Below, in pieces: positions 40,769 to 50,464 of a DNA stretch of 64,000 bases. Both the position numbers and the translations under genes were made by a program. The stretch spans positions 5,222 through 69,221 of IMG/VR virus record IMGVR_UViG_2568526700_000003; one strand, given 5' to 3'. Numbering within the stretch: the stretch's first letter is position 1; every line of letters starts with the position of its first letter. Under the pieces are notes generated by a model. It saw nothing but the letters and a program-made list of their open reading frames with translations, had not been told where the DNA came from and did not search any database. Source of the stretch: a virus. Taxonomy: Duplodnaviria > Caudoviricetes.

Positions 40769-41995
40769 GTGAAGCTCACAGCCCGCCATGTCGATACATC
40801 TAAAGCTAAGGACAAACCCTATAAACTGTCTGATGGCGGTGGCCTTTACCTGTTGGTGAACCCCAACGGCGCTCGATACTGGCGGCTGAAGTACCGGGTC
40901 GCCGGTAAAGAAAAATCGTTGGCTTTAGGTGTATACCCTGACGTCTCGCTGGCCGATGCACGTCAAAAACGAGCAGAGGCTAAAAAAGTACTGGCTGCTG
41001 GTGGTGACCCGGGGCAGGAAAAGCAGGAAAAAAAACATGCCAGGGCGATGGCCGTATCAAACAGCTTTGAGAGACTGGCGCTGGAATGGCATGAACATAA
41101 ATCGATGAACTGGTCAGCAGGCTATGCCAGCGACATCCTGGAGTATCTGAGAAAAGATATTTTTCCTTATATTGGCTCCCGGTCGATCACTGATATTAAG
41201 CCCGTTGATATGTTGGCTGTTCTTCGCAAGATGGAACAACGTGGAGTACTTGATAAGCTCAAAAAGACACGTCAAGCCTGCCGGCAGATCTTCACCTATG
41301 CTGTCATCACCGGCAGAGCAGAACATAATCCCGTGGTCGATCTCGCCAGTACTCTAAAAGCACCGAAGCAAAAACACTTCCCTCATTTATCGGTTGAACA
41401 AATACCTGACTTTCTGCGAGCTCTGAACGACTATAGCGGCAGCGTGGTGACTCGAAATGCTACCCGCCTGCTTATGCTTACTGGGCTCAGGACAATTGAG
41501 CTCCGTGCTTCTGAATGGGCTGATATCGACTTTGACAAAGGAGTTTGGAATATCCCCGCAGAGCGAATGAAGATGCGGCGCCCACATCTCGTTCCTATCT
41601 CAACTCAGGTTCGCGAACTGCTTGAAGAAATCCACCAGCTTACCGGGCGAGGAAAGTATATTTTCCCGGGGAGGAATGATGCTGGTAAGTCAATGAGCGA
41701 GGCCAGCATTAATCAGGTGATTAAGCGTATTGGCTATGATGGTAAAGCGACCGGGCACGGCTTCCGCCACACCATGAGTACCATCCTCCATGAGCAGGGT
41801 TTTAACACAGCCTGGATTGAAACCCAATTGGCGCATGTCGATAAGAACTCCATCCGCGGGACATATAACCATGCTCAGTATCTGGACGGCCGGCGGGAAA
41901 TGCTCCAGTGGTATGCCGACTATATGCAGGCGTTAGAGAATGGTGAAAATGTGGTCCGTGGCTCGTTCGGGAAACGTGCCAGACTGGATGCATAG
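40769..41995 (+). CDS. int: P4-like tyrosine integrase
   Basis: DGGGLYL arm-binding domain; TGLR, HGFRH, QLAH and YNHAQY catalytic motifs. Confidence 0.95.
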   Translation: MKLTARHVDTSKAKDKPYKLSDGGGLYLLVNPNGARYWRLKYRVAGKEKSLALGVYPDVSLADARQKRAEAKKVLAAGGDPGQEKQEKKHARAMAVSNSFERLALEWHEHKSMNWSAGYASDILEYLRKDIFPYIGSRSITDIKPVDMLAVLRKMEQRGVLDKLKKTRQACRQIFTYAVITGRAEHNPVVDLASTLKAPKQKHFPHLSVEQIPDFLRALNDYSGSVVTRNATRLLMLTGLRTIELRASEWADIDFDKGVWNIPAERMKMRRPHLVPISTQVRELLEEIHQLTGRGKYIFPGRNDAGKSMSEASINQVIKRIGYDGKATGHGFRHTMSTILHEQGFNTAWIETQLAHVDKNSIRGTYNHAQYLDGRREMLQWYADYMQALENGENVVRGSFGKRARLDA

Positions 41996-42127
41996 ACAGT
42001 ATATAAAGACGATAGTAGACTTGGGTAGACGAACAAAGAATAGGCTATGTCTAGGTTGATCTCCGAAAACCCGTACACCTCTTCGGACTGATATAGCCGC
42101 CGAAATCAGAGGGCGTGAGGTGGTTTA

Positions 42128-43072
42128 GTGGCAAAAAAAAATGAAACACCGAATGTGTGGTCTCTTAATAATATTCCTGCTTTGGAATTTTGTACGTTAT
42201 TAAGGGCTGCTGAGTTACTTCGATGCCATCCAAGTGATTTAATTCACTTTAGCCAGATTGGAGCTATTGAACTTTGTTTAGCCCTTCATGATTTTGAGGC
42301 AGCATTATTTACACTAGGTCGCTGGGAAGAATCAAATGAATGGGAGGAAAAGTTCCCCCCTAAATTAATGACAAAGTATAGTAACAAATCACCTTTAAGT
42401 CTTTTTATGCCAAAAGCTGAATTGGATATGAGCCCAGCATCAAAAATGCGAGTTAAGCGGGTTTATCAAAATGAGGATATACCTGGATTAAAAAAGCCGA
42501 TTTTATATCTTTCCGGACTTTGGGCATTATCAATAGGTTACTTGCCTCATTCATTTTTTAATGCATTAAAATATAATGAACAAATCACACTTACTCCTTT
42601 CAATTTATCATTTAAAGAAGCAGACATCCCAATGAGTCAAGAGGATTATTGTAGCGATAATTACGTAGTTATGGCTCACCCAATAACAGAACACCTTTAC
42701 TCATCTGGTCTGCTAAAAGAAGGAGAAGTAAAGCCGATTGCAACAATAACGGTAAACGATATTTTTGTTACTAGGCTTCAAATTGAAAAAGTATGCAATT
42801 TTATTGGGAGGGAAATACCAAATGTTATAAATGGAGGGGTTAGCCAACCTCAACTTTCTGAAACGATGATAGAGAAACCCGTTAGAACAACAGCAAAACA
42901 GGCTGAACTTATTGTTGCTTTACTTAGAGGGATTGGCCTAACCGATGATGATCTGGCTGGTAGCGTGTCACAACTTAGGAATAAAGCCAGCAATAAAGTA
43001 AGCGACCTCCCATTCCCGGATGATGATAAAGCGTTAGTTGAATGGTTACGAAGAGGAGGGGTAAACCGGTAA
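42128..43072 (+). CDS. Hypothetical protein (AT-rich) between int and alpA
   Basis: 314-aa ORF; N-terminal RAAELL..DLIH suggests an HTH. Confidence 0.7.
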   Translation: MAKKNETPNVWSLNNIPALEFCTLLRAAELLRCHPSDLIHFSQIGAIELCLALHDFEAALFTLGRWEESNEWEEKFPPKLMTKYSNKSPLSLFMPKAELDMSPASKMRVKRVYQNEDIPGLKKPILYLSGLWALSIGYLPHSFFNALKYNEQITLTPFNLSFKEADIPMSQEDYCSDNYVVMAHPITEHLYSSGLLKEGEVKPIATITVNDIFVTRLQIEKVCNFIGREIPNVINGGVSQPQLSETMIEKPVRTTAKQAELIVALLRGIGLTDDDLAGSVSQLRNKASNKVSDLPFPDDDKALVEWLRRGGVNR

Positions 43073-43174
43073 GGAGTTATCATAATTCCGGGGAGTTTTT
43101 TGATAACTCCGTTACACGTTAAAGGCCCTACGATTTAATAGCCTCGTAACTTTAATAGACCTTACGAGGTATAC

Positions 43175-43372
43175 ATGTCCCACAATCTTATCCGACTTCC
43201 CGAAGTTCAGCGCCGCACTGGTTATAGCAAGGCGTGGATCTATCACATGATGAGCGAGCGTCGCTTTCCATCCCCAGTAAAAATTGGTTCTCGTGCGATC
43301 GCGTTTATCGAGAGCGAAATTGACGAATGGATTAATCAGCGCATTGCTGAATCGCGTGGTGAGGTAGTGTAA
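43175..43372 (+). CDS. alpA: AlpA-family regulator/excisionase
   Basis: LIRLPEVQRRTGYSKAWIY..FPSPVKIG.RAIAF.ESEIDEWI. Confidence 0.93.
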   Translation: MSHNLIRLPEVQRRTGYSKAWIYHMMSERRFPSPVKIGSRAIAFIESEIDEWINQRIAESRGEVV

Positions 43373-43806
43373 TGAAAAAGAAAAACCGCCCCGTACAGCA
43401 GGCGGCTAACTCAGATATTCGCACCTCTGATATTACGCCGACCACCAGCCCTGTACAAGTACCTAAACGTACTCCAAAAAAGCATCGTGCCCGCGTTTAT
43501 ATGTTGCGTACCGGCTTTGAGGGATGGACAGAAAACGATATTCTGCGTTACTGCCGTCTTTCGTCTGGCAGGAACTACGCTAGTGAAATTGAGCGTCGAC
43601 TTGATATTCAGTTAGAGCGTATCGACGAAAAGAATCCTGACGGCATCGGGTCACATTTGCGCTATCGCTTTACCGGGCGCAGCGATGTTGTAAAAGTTAT
43701 TCAACTTGTAAACAACAATGCTACAGCTGGTGGCTATTATGGCCTTTCTACGCAGGAAATAGCCGAAATCCTTAGCCTTTACCCGGACAACCTTACCGCC
43801 GCATAA
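43372..43806 (+). CDS. Satellite hypothetical protein
   Basis: Coupled to alpA; LSSGRNYASE motif. Confidence 0.7.
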   Translation: MKKKNRPVQQAANSDIRTSDITPTTSPVQVPKRTPKKHRARVYMLRTGFEGWTENDILRYCRLSSGRNYASEIERRLDIQLERIDEKNPDGIGSHLRYRFTGRSDVVKVIQLVNNNATAGGYYGLSTQEIAEILSLYPDNLTAA

Positions 43807-43819
43807 AGGAGCCGACAAA

Positions 43820-44629
43820 ATGAAAATCGAAAAAAGCAGATTCAATTCTGAGGCCGCCCCTCAACCCATCGTTCACCAGGGCGTAATTAACGGTAACGAC
43901 TTTGCTGCTATTGTCCCTGTTACTTCCGGTCAGATTGGCGGGCGTGAAACCAATATTGCGAGCGCCAGAGCTCTGCATAAGGCGCTGGGGGTGGGGCGCG
44001 ACTTTACCAACTGGATTAAAGGCCGCATCGACCAGTACGGATTTGTAGCCGGGGCTGACTACATTCGTATTGAAAATTTGAGCTCACCAAAACGGGCGAG
44101 CGCAAAATTTCGCCAGCAAATAGAGCATGATTACCTTCTCTCGCTGGATATGGCTAAAGAAGTGGCAATGGTTGAGCGTAACGAGCAGGGGCGAGCTGTG
44201 CGCAGGTACTTCATCCAGTGCGAGGAGGCGTTACAGCTGAGTGCGCCTGAAATCGCCGCGAAGTACCGTCGCCATCTCAAAGCCCGCATTGGTGCTGCCA
44301 ATTTCTTTAAGCCGATGTGCGCAGCTCTGGAGGCTGCCCGTGCTGAGATGGGGAAGGAGACTCAAACTCGTCATTACAGCAACGAGAGCAACATGATCGC
44401 CCGCATAGTGCTCGGCGGCATGACCGCTAAACAGTGGGCTCAGGTGAACGGTATCGCCGGCGAGCCTCGCGACAGCATGAGCGCTGGCCACCTGGAGCAT
44501 CTCAGCTACCTGGAGAGCACCAACATCACGCTGATCGATATGGGCATGGAGTACACCCAGCGTAAAGCGGAATTAACCCGCCTCTCTCAGCGTTGGCTGG
44601 CTAAACGTCTGGGGGCTAACGATGAATAA
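43820..44629 (+). CDS. AntA/AntB antirepressor-family protein
   Basis: SARALH..DFTNWIK.RI, LDMAKE.AMVERNEQGR.VRRYFIQCE. Confidence 0.88.
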   Translation: MKIEKSRFNSEAAPQPIVHQGVINGNDFAAIVPVTSGQIGGRETNIASARALHKALGVGRDFTNWIKGRIDQYGFVAGADYIRIENLSSPKRASAKFRQQIEHDYLLSLDMAKEVAMVERNEQGRAVRRYFIQCEEALQLSAPEIAAKYRRHLKARIGAANFFKPMCAALEAARAEMGKETQTRHYSNESNMIARIVLGGMTAKQWAQVNGIAGEPRDSMSAGHLEHLSYLESTNITLIDMGMEYTQRKAELTRLSQRWLAKRLGANDE

Positions 44630-44801
44630 GCCCACCAGCGCACCGCTGCCAAATCACTCCTACCGCGACGCTCACGGCCAGATGGTGAGCGTGGCCGCCG
44701 TAGCGCATAACCGGGTGACGTTCTACCGCGAAGGTTACCAGTTCCCTTGCGTGCAACCCATTGAGCGCTTCATGAAGGAGTACACGGAGGTGAAGCAATG
44801 A
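44622..44801 (+). CDS. DUF4222-like small protein
   Basis: Manual translation YRDAHG..V.V..NRVTFYREGY..PC..PIERF..EYTEV. Confidence 0.65.
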   Translation: MNKPTSAPLPNHSYRDAHGQMVSVAAVAHNRVTFYREGYQFPCVQPIERFMKEYTEVKQ

Positions 44802-45583
44802 TTACCGGTGCACGGCGCAAAAGCCTCTCTCTGGCTGGCCTGATGTATGCAAAAGTTAACGCTCTGCAGGCGGTGCGCCACAGCGGGAACCTGTCAAAAC
44901 CTGTCATTCTGTGGGCCACTGATAGTGGCTCTGTTGAAGTGTATTTCGAGACAAGTAAGCGCGCGGGTAAGGGTTCGGAAACTGACTATCGGGAAGATAG
45001 CGTGTCCGGCGCCGGCGGTGGATGCGGGGCCCATCACACCGCCAGCTATAAATTGCCGCACCGTGACAAAAAGGGCTTGCGGTCTGAAGGTAGACCGGTC
45101 TATGGTTATAGCGCACCAGCAAAATCTGGTGCCGGGATTGGTCTCCCGGTAATGTTATCGGCGATACATGACGCGCCAAGCGTCTTTTTTTGTGTCGTTA
45201 GCTCAGTACACCCTTTTTTCTGCGATACGGGTATAATCCGTGCCGCTCGCAAAATTATGGTGGGCTGTGTAGGGGCTTCTTCGGAAGCGCCGGTTTCCGA
45301 TAACGCCGGTAAGACCAACTCTGCACAGTCCACCACCCGCAAGATTGGTCTCTTCGGTGGTGGTTACAAAAACCAGTTATCGGAGGCTGCCGCCATGGCT
45401 ACTACCCCTAACCAAAATCCGCAATTTATTTGGATTATCGCCGCTGTTCGCCGCGATTGCCCGACAATTAAAGCCCAAATTCACCATATCGCCGCACCGT
45501 CTGAGCGTGACGCCCGTCGTTCACTGGCTCGCGATCATGTCTGCTTTTTCGCCGGCCGCATCCGTCTGGAGGTGGCAGCATGA
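44798..45583 (+). CDS. Ash/Icd-like protein (Icd domain from internal ATG 45395)
   Basis: C-terminal HIAAPSERDARRSL..FAGRI; ORF spans the c4 region. Confidence 0.7.
   Translation: MITGARRKSLSLAGLMYAKVNALQAVRHSGNLSKPVILWATDSGSVEVYFETSKRAGKGSETDYREDSVSGAGGGCGAHHTASYKLPHRDKKGLRSEGRPVYGYSAPAKSGAGIGLPVMLSAIHDAPSVFFCVVSSVHPFFCDTGIIRAARKIMVGCVGASSEAPVSDNAGKTNSAQSTTRKIGLFGGGYKNQLSEAAAMATTPNQNPQFIWIIAAVRRDCPTIKAQIHHIAAPSERDARRSLARDHVCFFAGRIRLEVAA
45111..45198 (+). ncRNA. c4-a1b1/IsrK-like structured element and terminator
   Basis: GCACCAG..CTGGTGC and CCGGGA..TCCCGG hairpins; GACGC..GCGTC T tract; target boxes GATTGGTCTC and GTTATCGG. Confidence 0.7.
45257..45338 (+). ncRNA. c4-type antisense RNA
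   Basis: Cloverleaf whose loops CCGATAAC and AGACCAA are complementary to the upstream (a1/b1) and downstream (a2/b2, about 45343-45382) boxes. Confidence 0.75.
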
Positions 45584-45897
45584 GCCTATATAACGATTTA
45601 GTTCGCCACGAATTCGGCAAAGGCGCCACCGTTGATGAGCTGGAAGGCATTCAGAACCGCATGGATGAGGCTGTGAGTGATTTGTTGCTCGGCATTAGTG
45701 CCATTGGAAGCCTGATGTTCTGGGCCACGGATAATGACAACTACACCGAGGAGACCGCAAAGGGAGACATGCGCAAAATAGGCGCAATGCTGGGTACGAT
45801 TGGTGAGGTGGTGCTGGCGCTGAACGATACCGTAGCGAATGCGGGTGTGTGTCGTTCTGACTGCGTCAAAGAATCAAAAATGAGGGCGGGAAAATGA
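45580..45897 (+). CDS. Satellite hypothetical protein
   Basis: Coupled ORF; GISAIGSLMFWA. Confidence 0.65.
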   Translation: MSLYNDLVRHEFGKGATVDELEGIQNRMDEAVSDLLLGISAIGSLMFWATDNDNYTEETAKGDMRKIGAMLGTIGEVVLALNDTVANAGVCRSDCVKESKMRAGK

Positions 45898-46157
45898 ATA
45901 TAAACGCTATATACCGCCATCCTGCTGAACTTGAGGCCGAGGCGATGCTACTCCGTGAGCAACCGTATCCGGAAGATTTTACGCTGGCAGAGCGTACCGC
46001 AGAACGTATGGCCCGCGCTCGCAATGGGTTGGTTCATGTAATGACCGATTTATCACCATACCTCGACGTTGAGCAAGCAGTCATCGTGCATTGCTGGCTG
46101 TATAAAGTCCTGGCGATTGTCGATATGGCCAGAATTGATGCGGAGGTCAGGGTATGA
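45894..46157 (+). CDS. Satellite hypothetical protein
   Basis: ATGA-coupled ORF. Confidence 0.65.
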   Translation: MNINAIYRHPAELEAEAMLLREQPYPEDFTLAERTAERMARARNGLVHVMTDLSPYLDVEQAVIVHCWLYKVLAIVDMARIDAEVRV

Positions 46158-46369
46158 GCGATATGCAGCTTATCGATGCCCAATGTCGTGTTGAACAAGC
46201 ACAGGCACTGCTCTCAATATGGTTAGAGGGCACGAAAGCATCTGAACGGGATATGCAGTTAATTTGTGCTCTGATCTCGTTACTCCAGGATGTACCAGAA
46301 ACGATTAAAACGGCGGATGAAGAACTTGCTGATTACGTCTTGCGTGCACATCGGGAGAAGCGTCAATGA
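46154..46369 (+). CDS. Satellite hypothetical protein
   Basis: ATGA-coupled ORF before the replicase. Confidence 0.65.
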   Translation: MSDMQLIDAQCRVEQAQALLSIWLEGTKASERDMQLICALISLLQDVPETIKTADEELADYVLRAHREKRQ

Positions 46370-48480
46370 AACTGGCACCTAACCTGAAACATTTGCCAAA
46401 AGAAAAATTTACTGAAGCAGTTATTTTTGCTGGAACCGATGCGTATGCACATGCAAAAGGATGGGAAGAGGGCATGGGTAAACAAGTCGCTGAGGACAGA
46501 ACACCTCCCATTTATCTTGGACCGAAGCAGCTGGCGGAACTGGAGAACCTGCAAATTATTGATAAAGGGCGTCGCAGTGCTCGTGTTTATCTGGCTGGAA
46601 GCATTGAGCCAATAATGATTAATGCCATTGGGGAAAAACTTGCTCAGGCAGGTGTACTGGAGGCGAAATTATATAAGGGAATTCCTGACCAAAAACCGGA
46701 AAACTGGAGGCAATATCTGGCCAGGCTTAGAGAACAGGGCGAGCACACAACGACATCAATTCTGAAATCCAATAAATCTGTGAATGGCGACAACCTGAAG
46801 CCACATGTTGAAAGCCGAGCTGACGGTATTTTTTGGGTTGAGCCAAAATCAGACAAAGATACCGGGGAAATAACTACCCGTGAAAGCTGGCTGTGTTCTG
46901 CTCTGGAGGTCATAGGTACTGGCATAGATGACAGTAAAACCCGGTATCTGATCCTGCGCTGGCGCCCATTCGGTTCGAAGGGGGATACTGTCCAGGCAAT
47001 ACCGTTTGCTGATATCGGTGAACGCGAAGGCTGGCGATCGCTCAAGGCTGGTGGGGTGAACGTCACAACCAAAAGTGGTTTACGTGCAACGCTGGCCGAC
47101 TGGCTGCAGAGCTGTGCCAATGGTGAGGTATGGCGCATTGCGCATGCTACGGGCTGGCAGTGTGGCGCCTATATCATGCCTGATGGTGAGATCATCGGTA
47201 CTCCAGATCAACCGGTGCTGTTTAACGGACGAAGTTCTGCCGCATCCGGTTATACCACCAGCGGTACTGTTGAGAGCTGGCGAGAGAGCGTTGGACGTCT
47301 GGCCTTTGGCAACTACTCGATGATGACTGGCGTGGCCGCAGCGCTGGCAGCTCCTTTGATTGGCCTTGCCGGCGCTGATGGTTTTGGTATCCATCTCTAT
47401 GAGCAGTCGAGCGCGGGTAAGACCACCACTGCCAATGTGGCCTCCAGTCTCTATGGCAATCCGGATGTGCTACGCCTCACCTGGTACGGTACTGCGCTGG
47501 GGCTGGCGAACGAAGCCGCCGCACATAACGATGCGCTGATGCCGCTTGACGAAATTGGCCAGGGTGCTGACCCGGTGGAGGTCTACAAATCGGCATACGC
47601 ACTGTTTAACGGCACGGGTAAGCTGCAGGGAGCGAAGGAAGGCGGAAACCGTGACCTGAAGCGCTGGCGTACTGTGGCCATCAGTACCGGTGAGATGGAT
47701 CTGGAAACCTTCATCGCGAGCGCCGGTCGCAAGGCTAAAGCAGGACAGCTGGTTCGCCTGCTGAATATCCCGATGCGCCGGGCTGTTCGTTTCCATGAGC
47801 ATGCCAACGGCAAACACCATGCCGATGCCCTCAAAGATGCATACCAGCATCACCACGGAGTGGCTGGGCGTGAGTGGGTGAAGTGGCTGGCGGACCACCA
47901 GCACGAGGCTGTAAGCGCTGTCAGGGCAGCGGAAGAGCGCTGGCGTAGCCTGATCCCGTCGGATTACGGGGAGCAGGTCCATCGTGTCGGTGCCCGGTTC
48001 GCAATTCTGGAAGCCGCACTACTGTTAGGTAAGGTGATCACTGGTTGGGATGAGCAAACGTGTCGGGATGCTATCCAGTACAGCTATAACGCCTGGTTGC
48101 GCGAGTTTGGTACCGGCAATAAAGAACATCAGCAGATAATTGAGCAGACCGAGGCATTCCTGAACGCTTACGGCATGAGCCGTTTTGCGCCGTTCCCGTA
48201 TGACCCGAGCAGTCTGCCAATCTCCAACATGGCGGGATACCGGCAGAAAGGCGGTCACGAGGCTGACCCAATGGTGTTCTACACCTTCCCGGCGGCCTTC
48301 GAAGGGGAGATCGCCCGCGGCTTTAACACTCGTCAGTTTGCAGAAGTCCTGAAGAAAGCTGGCATGCTAACGCCGCCGACGTCTGGCCGCGGTTTCCAGA
48401 GAAAGTCTCCACGCATTGATGGGAGACAAATTCGGGTTTATGTCCTGCAGTATCTGCCGGACGACGACCAGCCAGAGTAA
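46366..48480 (+). CDS. DUF927-domain replicative helicase/primase-like protein
   Basis: Walker A QSSAGKTT, Walker B LDEIG, STGE and GQLVRL motifs. Confidence 0.88.
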   Translation: MKLAPNLKHLPKEKFTEAVIFAGTDAYAHAKGWEEGMGKQVAEDRTPPIYLGPKQLAELENLQIIDKGRRSARVYLAGSIEPIMINAIGEKLAQAGVLEAKLYKGIPDQKPENWRQYLARLREQGEHTTTSILKSNKSVNGDNLKPHVESRADGIFWVEPKSDKDTGEITTRESWLCSALEVIGTGIDDSKTRYLILRWRPFGSKGDTVQAIPFADIGEREGWRSLKAGGVNVTTKSGLRATLADWLQSCANGEVWRIAHATGWQCGAYIMPDGEIIGTPDQPVLFNGRSSAASGYTTSGTVESWRESVGRLAFGNYSMMTGVAAALAAPLIGLAGADGFGIHLYEQSSAGKTTTANVASSLYGNPDVLRLTWYGTALGLANEAAAHNDALMPLDEIGQGADPVEVYKSAYALFNGTGKLQGAKEGGNRDLKRWRTVAISTGEMDLETFIASAGRKAKAGQLVRLLNIPMRRAVRFHEHANGKHHADALKDAYQHHHGVAGREWVKWLADHQHEAVSAVRAAEERWRSLIPSDYGEQVHRVGARFAILEAALLLGKVITGWDEQTCRDAIQYSYNAWLREFGTGNKEHQQIIEQTEAFLNAYGMSRFAPFPYDPSSLPISNMAGYRQKGGHEADPMVFYTFPAAFEGEIARGFNTRQFAEVLKKAGMLTPPTSGRGFQRKSPRIDGRQIRVYVLQYLPDDDQPE

Positions 48481-48508
48481 AAGCATTCTTCCATGTGTGT
48501 ATTTTAGG

Positions 48509-48628
48509 TGTTGGTTCAGTTGGTTCAGTTGCCTCAGTAGTTATATCTATCTGTTTAATAAGGTTTCATGTTTGAAGAATGAACCAACACTGAGGCAACA
48601 AACTGGCATTTTGAACCGACACTGAGAC
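48509..48628. repeat. Satellite origin iterons (ori 1)
   Basis: GTTGGTTCA/GTTGCCTCA x3, AT-rich spacer, then inverted TGAACCAACA/TGAGGCAACA copies. Confidence 0.75.
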
Positions 48629-48785
48629 AGTTTTTAGATGTCCTGGAGCTTGGTTTATGAGGTGATTGCTCCTTCCATCTACCCAGATTGCAAATTTACT
48701 GCAAATGGGTGGTTGATGTGGAACTTCGGATTCGAGATCTTGTATATTTCAGATGATTCTAATTGTTGACTCTGGGGGAAGGGAG

Positions 48786-50015
48786 ATGGAAGCGCTATAT
48801 CCAATATTGATCGTCTTAGGTGTGGGGGGCGCCATTGGTGCTTATATAACATATAGATATCTGATTAATAAGCATAAAAAAGTTGTTGAGTATCTTGAGT
48901 TGAGAAGTCAGAAATCTCTTGCGGCTGAGATTGAGGAAAAAGAAGATGCGATTGAAAAGTATAAAAATAAAGATATTGCTCGTGAAATTGAACACGATAA
49001 TCTGAAAAAGGAGCTCAGACAGATTATCGAATTAAATAGAATGAAAAGTAAAGAAATCCTCGGTAAAGCCGTTGATTTTGCTTTTGATTTTGAGACCATA
49101 TTTCGTGAGCAACATCAATCAGCTGAGGAGGAAATACAGAAGGTTCTCGATGATACCTATCGCTATAAGCGTAAGACTCTCCTTGCTTCTGTGACGCTGA
49201 AGAATTTTGAGAAAAAGCTTGAAGATATCAGAAGAGAAAAAGAGATATATCAGACACTGATAGCTAAATATGATTTTTTCCAATTGCGCGATCGTTCTGA
49301 TTGGAAGGAAGTGGAAAAAGAATTTCGAGATAAAGTGCTGGAGCTTCAAGCCGCTCAGGATGAGCGCGAGGCTCAGAATGAAATAAAACGACAAATGCGT
49401 GAAGAACGCCAGCGCGCAGAAGAACTGGAAAGGCAACAGCAAGAGGCTGAAGCCAAAGAACAAGAGCTTGAGGCTCGGCGAAAAGCCGTCGAAGAGGCCC
49501 TGTTGGCCGCAGATGAAGAGCATCGCCAGGAGCTTGAAGAAACCCGCCGTCAGTTAGAGCAAGAGATTGAAGATGTCCATAAGCAGTATGAACGGGCAAA
49601 ATCAATGGCACAGATGACCAAGCAGGGGCATGTTTATGTAATTTCTAACATTGGTTCATTTGGTGAAAATGTCTATAAGATAGGTATGACTCGCCGACTT
49701 GAACCGCTAGATCGTGTTAGCGAATTGAGCGGTGCAAGTGTGCCGTTTGAGTTCGATGTGCATGCAATGATTAGCTGTGATGATGCGCCAGCTCTTGAGT
49801 ACGCTTTGCATAACAAACTTAGCAGTGAACGCATGAATAAGGTGAATCTGCGCAAAGAATTCTTTAAGACAGACTTGAGTAAGATAATCCAATGTGTGGA
49901 GGAACATCACGGCAAGGTTGAATATGTTGCGGACCCTGCGGCCTTACAATATTACCGCTCACTAGAAATTGGCGAAGAAATAGCGAACGATAAAGTATTA
50001 TCGGCGGTATCATAA
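48786..50015 (+). CDS. TM + coiled-coil (DUF4041-like) + T5orf172/GIY-YIG nuclease; PD-Lambda-1/SNIPE-like defence protein
   Basis: N-terminal TM helix; GHVYVISNIGSFGE..YKIGMTRR..ASVPF.FDVHA..LE..LH..RKEFF. Confidence 0.85.
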   Translation: MEALYPILIVLGVGGAIGAYITYRYLINKHKKVVEYLELRSQKSLAAEIEEKEDAIEKYKNKDIAREIEHDNLKKELRQIIELNRMKSKEILGKAVDFAFDFETIFREQHQSAEEEIQKVLDDTYRYKRKTLLASVTLKNFEKKLEDIRREKEIYQTLIAKYDFFQLRDRSDWKEVEKEFRDKVLELQAAQDEREAQNEIKRQMREERQRAEELERQQQEAEAKEQELEARRKAVEEALLAADEEHRQELEETRRQLEQEIEDVHKQYERAKSMAQMTKQGHVYVISNIGSFGENVYKIGMTRRLEPLDRVSELSGASVPFEFDVHAMISCDDAPALEYALHNKLSSERMNKVNLRKEFFKTDLSKIIQCVEEHHGKVEYVADPAALQYYRSLEIGEEIANDKVLSAVS

Positions 50016-50032
50016 TACTTATTAATTCTTCA

Positions 50033-50058
50033 AAAACGCCCGCGTCCGCGGGTGTTTT
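50033..50058 (+). terminator. Intrinsic terminator
   Basis: ACGCCCGC..GCGGGTGT followed by T tract. Confidence 0.7.
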
Positions 50059-50118
50059 TATACGCGGAATCAATGAAATGGCTAAATCAGAGACAGAACA
50101 TCATAGAGAATTCCAGCT

Positions 50119-50444
50119 ATGACAGCTCAAATTTCAGCATATGCCGGCTGGTGTCCGCTCCTCAAATCAGAACCACGAACAAGCGGTACTTGCATGGCTA
50201 TGGATCACCTATAAAATGCGGTGGCCAAACACCGTAAAGGCGACCTGGTCAGGATGGCGGTACGCAGCAAGGCTATCAGGTTATTGCGGACAGTGTACTC
50301 AGTGCCAGAACGGTACGCCCAGGCGGTTAAGTAGGTCAACAAGGACAGGCTACTGATGCCCTACGCCGGGCCCAGGAGCAGCAACCGCTCACGACCGGGT
50401 ATGAAGGATACGACCAGACGCCTCAGTATGACGATGATTTTTGA
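50119..50444 (+). pseudogene. ssb: Decayed ssb (copy 1)
   Basis: MTAQISAY start, QQGYQVIADSVLSARTVRP, acidic YDDDF end; frameshifts and deletions. Confidence 0.75.
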
Positions 50445-50464
50445 CATGGGTATAGATCAGTAAT

